A stretch of 62,266 nt of DNA, the filler included, from Actinomycetota bacterium (lineage in GTDB: Bacteria > Actinomycetota > CADDZG01 > JAHWKV01 > JAOPZY01), in the NCBI GenBank assembly GCA_025963875.1. It is 8 parts of 8 records of this genome, joined end to end, with 100 filler letters (N's around TTAATTAATTAA, not from the genome) between each part and the next. Parts side by side here need not be neighbours in the genome. Positions count along the whole stretch, not along the records: positions 56,169 to 59,006 come from JAOPZY010000139.1; positions 59,107 to 62,266 come from JAOPZY010000248.1; 6 more parts are not named here. One strand, given 5' to 3'. Position numbers and translations under genes: made by a program. The notes beneath the pieces are model-generated. The model ran no database searches, was not told the origin of the DNA, and saw nothing but the letters and a program-made list of their open reading frames with translations. The stretch's first letter is position 1; every line of letters begins with the position of its first letter. Positions 56,169 to 62,266 of this stretch are shown here, one piece after another.

Positions 56169-57418
56169 GTCATCTTCCTGCTCCCGTCGTGGCAGCCTCC
56201 CATGGCGTCGCGGTCCTCGCCGAGGTGGAAGATGTTGCCGTCGTTGAGCCACTGACCCTGGACGAACTCGAACTGGCGCCGGAGGCTCGCCACGCAGGCA
56301 ATGAAGAGCAGCCCCCGCGTGTCGGAGTTGTCGTCGTCTCGTTGGCCCTCCTCCAGTTCGGGCCCGTACGTGATGCCACGCCGGAGCATCCGGTGGCGGC
56401 TGACGAGCTGCGGGCTCAGCTTGAGGGCGTCCCTGGGGTTGGCCCGGCGGATGTGCGCGCCGACGGGGCAGAGGTGCCCCTTCGCGTCGCCCTTGCCGTA
56501 CAGGAAGTTGTTGTTCCGGTCCTCGTCGGCGCCGACCGCGCAATCGGGCCCCACTGGGGCCAGTTCCAGCGGGCTGCCGTCGGGCCACCTCCCGATCAAC
56601 GATGCCCCCACCCGCTCCGGCGTCCAGTCCAGCCGGCCGGCCTGCGCCCTCACGTACTCCCGGTACCTCCCGACGTGCTGCTGAAGCTTGCGGTAGACGA
56701 GGTAGGTCCCGTTGGCGGCCAGCTCGGCAGGCTGCGGGGCTTCGGGCAGCACCCCCTCCTCGTCGGGGAGGCCCAGGATGAACTCGCCGAGGGCGACGGG
56801 GTTCCAGGCTCCGTGGCCGTCCGGCGTCCCCTGACCCGGCTTGGGTTTGTCGTAAGCGTCAATGTCGAGGGCGGGCTGACCGAAGCCGTCGACGAAGCCG
56901 AAGTGCTCCTTGACCTGGGTCTCGTTGACGACGAGCCGGCTGGCCTGCTGCGGCTTCCCCACGCTGCGGATTGCATGGCGGTGCATCGCATCCTCGACGG
57001 GTGCAAGCAGGGTGTCGATCTCGGGGCCGGTCGGCGCGTGGACCTCGACCATGGCGTGGACCCGCTGATCCCGCCACCAGGGCTCCCAACACTCGGGGCA
57101 GTTGGTCCCCGTGTCGCCCAACTCCTTCGGGCGGGCGGCCATGCCGGTCTGGAATTCCTGGGAGAACGTCCCCAGGCAGCAGGCGGAGAGACCCAGTGCA
57201 CGCAGCCCACTGCTCGTGAAGGCAACATTGAGGGTGGCGGGCTTGCTCGCCCTGTCCGGCCACGGCTGCGCGGTGGTCACCTGGTCGACGAGGCTCCCGA
57301 GCCATTCCCGCCCGGCGGCGGCGTCGTCGAAGTGGACGAAGACGAACCGGGCCTCCTTCAGCGCGTAGGGCCGCAGGATGTTGCCCTGGATGTCAGGCAG
57401 ATCGACCTTCGACGTCAA
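56169..57418 (-). CDS. Dyp-type heme peroxidase (3' truncated)
   Basis: DIQGNIL, EHFGFVDG, YRKLQQ, AHIRRANPR, RMLRRG, QFEFVQ. Confidence 0.93.
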
Positions 57419-57972
57419 TGCGTCACCTTCTTCGGCTGATCGTCGTACCAGGCCCGGAACTCCGCCCGGAGGACCCCCGGGGCGATGCCGTCGGTGCGGC
57501 TGGCGAGGTCGATGAACGACCGCCGGAGGTCGACGGCCGAGCTCACCCTTCGCACGGTGGCCCGGGGGTAGGGCGAGAAGAACAGGTTGGTGCGGACCTG
57601 GTTGCGGAGCAGGTAGGCAATGAGGGCCACATCGTCGCCGGGGCGTTGGTAGCCGATGCAGTGGCCCCAGATCCGGTGCATGGCGTCCGGGCGGCGTGCC
57701 ACGAGCTCCTCCAGGTACGTGTCCACGGCGCCGTCGATGTTCGACGTGAACAGCAGGTAGGGGACGGTCAGCTCGTCACTGCTCGCCATCCCGTCCTCGT
57801 CGTGCAGGCGCTCGATCACCACCCAGCGCCCGAAGTGGGTCCTGCCGGTCATGAGCGGGCTCTCCGCCCCACGGGGCAACCCGGCGAGCGTGGCCTTCAG
57901 GCTTTCCACGGAGCCGGGCTTGACCGGGCACATCACCGTGACCGGCCGTGCCTTGCGGTACCACGGGGGCAT
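57415..57972 (-). CDS. Hypothetical DyP-associated protein A
   Basis: THFGRW, LLFTSNIDG, IWGHC, PYPRATV; overlaps the DyP start. Confidence 0.8.
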   Translation of the reverse strand: MPPWYRKARPVTVMCPVKPGSVESLKATLAGLPRGAESPLMTGRTHFGRWVVIERLHDEDGMASSDELTVPYLLFTSNIDGAVDTYLEELVARRPDAMHRIWGHCIGYQRPGDDVALIAYLLRNQVRTNLFFSPYPRATVRRVSSAVDLRRSFIDLASRTDGIAPGVLRAEFRAWYDDQPKKVTH

Positions 57973-58568
57973 CACAGGTCCGCCTCCACCTTGGTGAGCA
58001 GTCGCTGGTAGCCCCGGCGGAACCTCTCGACATCCCAGTCCTTCGACCGCCGGGCGAAGCGCCGGAGCTTGCGTTCCAGGTGCAACGCCGAGGTGACGAC
58101 GGTTGCCGTGGCGTCGGGCTCGGCGCTCGCGTAGTGCTGGACCTCGAACTGGTGGCGGTGGATCCAGTCCCGGAAGGGGCCGGTGGGCATGGGGCCGGGG
58201 AAGTTGATCGAGTTGCCCCAGAAGAAGCCGAAGCGCTTCGGCATGACCTGGGCGAAAGCGTCGATGTACTGGTCCCAGGTCCCGTTGAAGTTGCTCTCGA
58301 ACATCATGTGGTGGCGCCGGCGGGGGTCGCGGCCCTGGGGCGGCCCGACGGTGGGGAAGTTCTTCACGATGGCCCAGCGGGCGTAGTCGATGAACGAGAG
58401 CTTGCGCAGGAGCGGCAGGGTGAGGCCCGTGTGACGGACGACGAAGAAGGCGGACCGCAGCATCGGGACCCCCCACCACCGCACCGGCGACCATACGGTC
58501 ATCGCGGAGTCGTGCCCGGCGGTCCCGGAGGGAGTGGCCGGAGTGGCCGGGGGTGCCTCGGCCGCCAT
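57972..58568 (-). CDS. Hypothetical DyP-associated protein B (paralog of A)
   Basis: IDYARW, MFESNFNG, FWGNS, EPDAT; TGATG coupling. Confidence 0.8.
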   Translation of the reverse strand: MAAEAPPATPATPSGTAGHDSAMTVWSPVRWWGVPMLRSAFFVVRHTGLTLPLLRKLSFIDYARWAIVKNFPTVGPPQGRDPRRRHHMMFESNFNGTWDQYIDAFAQVMPKRFGFFWGNSINFPGPMPTGPFRDWIHRHQFEVQHYASAEPDATATVVTSALHLERKLRRFARRSKDWDVERFRRGYQRLLTKVEADL

Positions 58569-58791
58569 GACCCGCTCCGTGCCCCCCAGTGCCTTGGTCA
58601 TTGCCACAATGGCGACACACTACGCCCGCGAGTCAGGCCGGCCAATCAGGGATTCCCCTCTATTTTTCTGCTCCTCGCTGTTCTGAGTGAGGTGGCCGCC
58701 GTCGAGCGGCCAATGGACGCCCTCATCACTCACGGTGATCGGTAGGGAGAGAAGGCGACCCTCCAGTGGCGGCTTGGATGGCGGCGCCGAG

Positions 58792-58840
58792 CTTCTTTGT
58801 GTGAATAACTATGATAATGGCAGTTAATTACACAAAGAAG
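58792..58840. repeat. 49-bp AT-rich imperfect hairpin (family B)
   Basis: cttctttgtgtgaataact-N11-agttaattacacaaagaag, 17/19 paired. Confidence 0.75.
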
Positions 58841-59006
58841 ATTGCTACGAGGCTTCGGCGAGGAGCGTATTTCTTGCTCAGACCCAATACCCATAAGTTA
58901 AGGTTACATCTGTGTTATTCTGCCGGCCATGCCACGAGCCGGGTGGGTCAAGCCGAGGGATGACCAGCGGTTGTCCGACCATGTGGCGCTCGGTGTGTTG
59001 ACCCGC

Positions 59007-59106
59007 NNNNNNNNNNNNNNNNNNNNNNNNNNNNNNNNNNNNNNNNNNNNTTAATTAATTAANNNNNNNNNNNNNNNNNNNNNNNNNNNNNNNNNNNNNN
59101 NNNNNN
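59007..59106. other. Artificial contig linker
   Basis: N44-TTAATTAATTAA-N44. Confidence 0.98.
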
Positions 59107-59840
59107 CCCTGCTCGTAGTAGCCGGCCCGGTCGCAGCCCTCGTGGACCGTGGCGCCGAACAGCCAGCGGGGACGCAGCGCCTCGTCGAGGGGGATCATCG
59201 GCGCCTGGCCCGTGGCCATGTACAGCAGGTAGAGGAACGTCTCCGACATGTTGTCGCCGTGCGCCGGGCAGCCCGGGATGCAGACGATGGGGATGCCGGC
59301 CTTGGACTTCCAGCCCCAGCCGAGGTAGTCCGGGACGCCCATGGCGCCCGTCGGGTTGCCGGCCATGGCGTGGATGCCGCCGTACGTGGCGCAGGTTCCG
59401 ACTGCCACGATCGCCAGGGCCTTGGGGGCCAGGCGGTCCAGCCACTCGGAGGTGGTCATGGGCTGGCCGGTCTCGAAGTTGTTGCCGAACCCGCACCAGT
59501 AGCCTTCCTTCTTGATGGCCTCGTTGGGGATGGACCCCTCCACGACCAGGACGAAGGGGTCGATCTCGCCCCGCTCACCCTTGTAGAACCACTCGATGAA
59601 GGTGTCGGCCCCTTCCTGGGGTCCACACTCGTAGTCGATCAGCGGCCAGTGCACCGCCAGATTCGGAAGCCCGGGCAGCGCGCCCAGCACAATCTCTTCG
59701 ATGCTCGGCTGCGTGGCCGCCGTCAGCGCCACCGAGTCACCGTCGCACGACAGACCCCCGTTGATCCAGAGGATGTGTACCGTTGGAGCCTCTGCCTCCT
59801 TCGCGGGTGCGGGCCTGCCACGCCTTGCCGCTGCTGCCAT
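59107..59840 (-). CDS. hhyS: Group 1h (high-affinity) [NiFe]-hydrogenase small subunit (3' truncated)
   Basis: HILWINGGLSCDGDSVALTAATQPSIEE, VEGSIP, GTCATYGGI, PGCP, TVHEGCDR; no Tat signal; AAGGAGG SD. Confidence 0.9.
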
Positions 59841-60373
59841 CCACTTCACCTCCTTCTGGACGTCTGCTCAGACGCCCGATCGAGCTTGAAGCGACACTTC
59901 TCTCGAGGTCCTAGCCCCGGCGCCTGCCGCCTGGATCCGGGCGGTGGCTGCGCCCGATCAAGCTGCACGCGTCCCAGGCCAGGGACCTCGGGCTCATTCT
60001 CTAGCCGACACTTCGACCAATCCATCCGTGTCTTTACTGAATCTCTATCCGTACCTCTACGTAGGAAACGAACCAGTAACATGCATGCCGTTGCCGGAAG
60101 GGCTCGCATTGAGGACGGGTATGAGATGTTCGGATGTTTTGCCCCAGGAGCACCTTGACGGGGTGAGTCATCCGGTGGAAGGTAGGGGAAGGTGTGGAAC
60201 GTGCAGGCCAACAGGAATTAAAAGCTGGAAAATTCAGTGGAGGGTCCTGGGAGCCGGCGCTCGGGGCCACTGCAGATGTAGAGGGGTGCGGCGCAAGTTT
60301 GAGCGGCTCGGCTGCCAATCGAAGGGTCTCCGCCGCCAAGCGGGATCAGCTGGCGGGTGCGCCAGCCTTGTCG

Positions 60374-62050
60374 GTGCGCGGGACCACGACGCTGGTCACT
60401 TCCCTGCCGCCCGGGAGGCCGGCTGACGAGGCTGAGGGGCCGGCCTGGCTGGGCAACCTGCCGAAGATCCTGAGCGACCTCGGCGTGGGCGTGGTCGTGT
60501 GGGACGACGACACCCCGATCTACGTCAGCCCGCTGTTCTGCGACATGATCGGCTACACGCCCGAGGAGCTCGGCGTGCGCCGCCCGGCCCATCTCTGCGC
60601 GGCGACGAACGGCAGCGGTGGGGGAAAGGGCGAGCTGGCCCCGTCCGTCCCCCAGTTCGAATTCAAGCTCATGCACGAGTTCGAATGGACCCTCGTCCAT
60701 AAGAATGGGGAGCGGGTGGCCCTGGAGGCCGCCGCCGGGACCATCGAGGTCGGCGGCAAGGTCGAGAGCATCGGCATCTTCTGCGACCGCTCCGAGCAGG
60801 AACGCCTCGAAGACGAGCTGAAGACCCGTACCCTCCAGCAGGCTGCCCTGGTCGACCTCGGCCAGCGGGCCCTTGCCGGCATCGATCTGGCGGGTCTCAT
60901 GGACGAGGCCGTCTCCGTGCTCACCCGGACGCTGGACATCGAGTTCGCCCGGGTACTCGAACTGGCCCCGGACGGGCGCGGCTTCAACGTCAGGGCCGGG
61001 GTGGGATGGGACGAGGCGCCCGGTGGCCACACCACGATCGACCTGCGGCTGCGCTCCCAGGCCGGGTTCACCCTGGTCTCCGACATGCCGGTCATCGTCG
61101 AGGACTTCGGCTCGGAGTCCCGCTTCCCGAACCCGCCCCTTCCTCTCACCGATGGCGAGGTGACGAGCGGTATGAGCGTGCTGATCCGGGGCGAGCAACG
61201 CCCCTGGGGTGTCCTGTCCACGCACACGGTGCACCACCGGCGCTTCAGCCGTGACGATGTGCACTTCCTGCAGGCGGTCGCCAACGTCCTTGCCGAGGCC
61301 ATCGTCGGCAAGGGGATCCAGGACGCCCTGCGGCGGGCCGGGGACCGGGAGCGGGAGCTGCGCGAGGAGCTCGAAGCCCACTCTCGGGTCGTGGTGGCGG
61401 CGCAGGAGGCGGAGCGCCGCCGTATCGCCCGGGAACTGCACGACGAGGTGGGCCAGGCCCTCACCGGGCTGGCGCTCAGCCTGGCGAACCTCGAACGGGA
61501 GGCACCGCCGGACCTCCGAGCGGCCCTCGCCGAGGCGAGGGCAGGGATGGGGGAGCTGGTGACCCGCGTCCACGACTTCTCGCTGGCCCTTCGGCCGGCC
61601 ATGCTCGACGACCTCGGGCTGCTCCCGGCGCTGCTGTGGCTGATGGAGCACGTGCACTCGGCGCAGACCGGCCTGCAGGTCGACCTCGAGCACGAGGGCC
61701 TCGACCGGCGCTTCTCCTGGGAGGTCGAGACCGCCGGCTACCGCATCGTGCAGGAGGCCCTCAACAACGTCGCACGGCACGCCTCGACCGACCGGGCCGA
61801 CGTCCGGTGCCTGGCGGAGGCCGACGAGCTCTTCATCGAGGTGCGGGACGAGGGCGTCGGCTTCAACCCCCGGTCGATCCGCGCCCACACGACCAGCGGC
61901 CTGCGGGGCATGCAGGAACGCGCTCGCCTGCTGGGCGGCCAGCTCCGCGTCGAGTCCGCTCCGGGGAAGGGGACCAGGGTGATTGCACGCCTGCCCGCGG
62001 GGCCGCCCACCGGGCTTCCCGAGTTTGCGGGCGCCGGGGTGAGCGAGTGA
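60374..62050 (+). CDS. Soluble PAS-GAF-HisKA_3 sensor histidine kinase
   Basis: AQEAERRRIARELHDEVGQ, QEALNNVARHA, DEGVGF, GLRGM; frame opens at 60194 and start is uncertain. Confidence 0.9.
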   Translation: MRGTTTLVTSLPPGRPADEAEGPAWLGNLPKILSDLGVGVVVWDDDTPIYVSPLFCDMIGYTPEELGVRRPAHLCAATNGSGGGKGELAPSVPQFEFKLMHEFEWTLVHKNGERVALEAAAGTIEVGGKVESIGIFCDRSEQERLEDELKTRTLQQAALVDLGQRALAGIDLAGLMDEAVSVLTRTLDIEFARVLELAPDGRGFNVRAGVGWDEAPGGHTTIDLRLRSQAGFTLVSDMPVIVEDFGSESRFPNPPLPLTDGEVTSGMSVLIRGEQRPWGVLSTHTVHHRRFSRDDVHFLQAVANVLAEAIVGKGIQDALRRAGDRERELREELEAHSRVVVAAQEAERRRIARELHDEVGQALTGLALSLANLEREAPPDLRAALAEARAGMGELVTRVHDFSLALRPAMLDDLGLLPALLWLMEHVHSAQTGLQVDLEHEGLDRRFSWEVETAGYRIVQEALNNVARHASTDRADVRCLAEADELFIEVRDEGVGFNPRSIRAHTTSGLRGMQERARLLGGQLRVESAPGKGTRVIARLPAGPPTGLPEFAGAGVSE

Positions 62051-62266
62051 GCCTGTCCGTCCTGCTCGCCGAGGACCACCCGGTGGTCCGGGAGGGGCTG
62101 CGGGCGATGCTGGAAGCCGAGGGAGACTTCCAGGTCGTCGGCCAGACCGGCAACAGCTCCGAGGTCGGGGGCATGGTCGAGCAACTCCATCCCGACGTGC
62201 TCGTCCTCGACCTCATCATGCCGGGCATCGGAGGCCTCAACGCGCTCCGGGAGCTCGCCCGGCGCC
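62047..62266 (+). CDS. NarL/LuxR-family response regulator (partial)
   Basis: VLLAEDHPVVREGL...PDVLVLDLIMP; GTGA overlap with the kinase stop. Confidence 0.92.
   Translation, partial: MSLSVLLAEDHPVVREGLRAMLEAEGDFQVVGQTGNSSEVGGMVEQLHPDVLVLDLIMPGIGGLNALRELARR

Noticed and set aside
58807..58834. Chromosomal dif site
   Set aside because: The right arm does not resemble the conserved XerD arm (TTATGT...).

Overview
The window is not one locus. It joins 8 high-GC (~70%) contigs with 100-bp N linkers containing TTAATTAATTAA, so gene neighbourhoods are valid only within a contig. Gene content suggests a soil actinobacterium; the [12 protein letters not shown] repeats suggest Acidimicrobiia-like. 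Recognisable content: glnA with an APC permease; a type IV pilus cluster (pilB, pilC, pilins, pilT); cobB with a cobalamin riboswitch and BtuF-like lipoprotein; an osmoprotectant ABC importer; an ABC-F protein; thrS (partial); OatA-like acyltransferase; DyP peroxidase; and a group 1h [NiFe]-hydrogenase small subunit divergent from a two-component system. The most unusual signals are five. (1) A three-gene unit in which an MFS transporter C-terminus and an ABC ATPase N-terminus share the same unrecognised ~174-aa domain (~52% identical by hand alignment); they flank a catalytically dead trypsin-like protein, and no ABC permease is present. (2) A stand-alone membrane protein with both PmoC/AmoC-like copper ligand sets just upstream of glnA. 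(3) A cydABDC operon collapsed to ~590 bp. (4) Two families of dispersed intergenic hairpin repeats. (5) A DyP preceded by two paralogous unknown proteins. All family calls come from motif recognition by eye; no searches were run.
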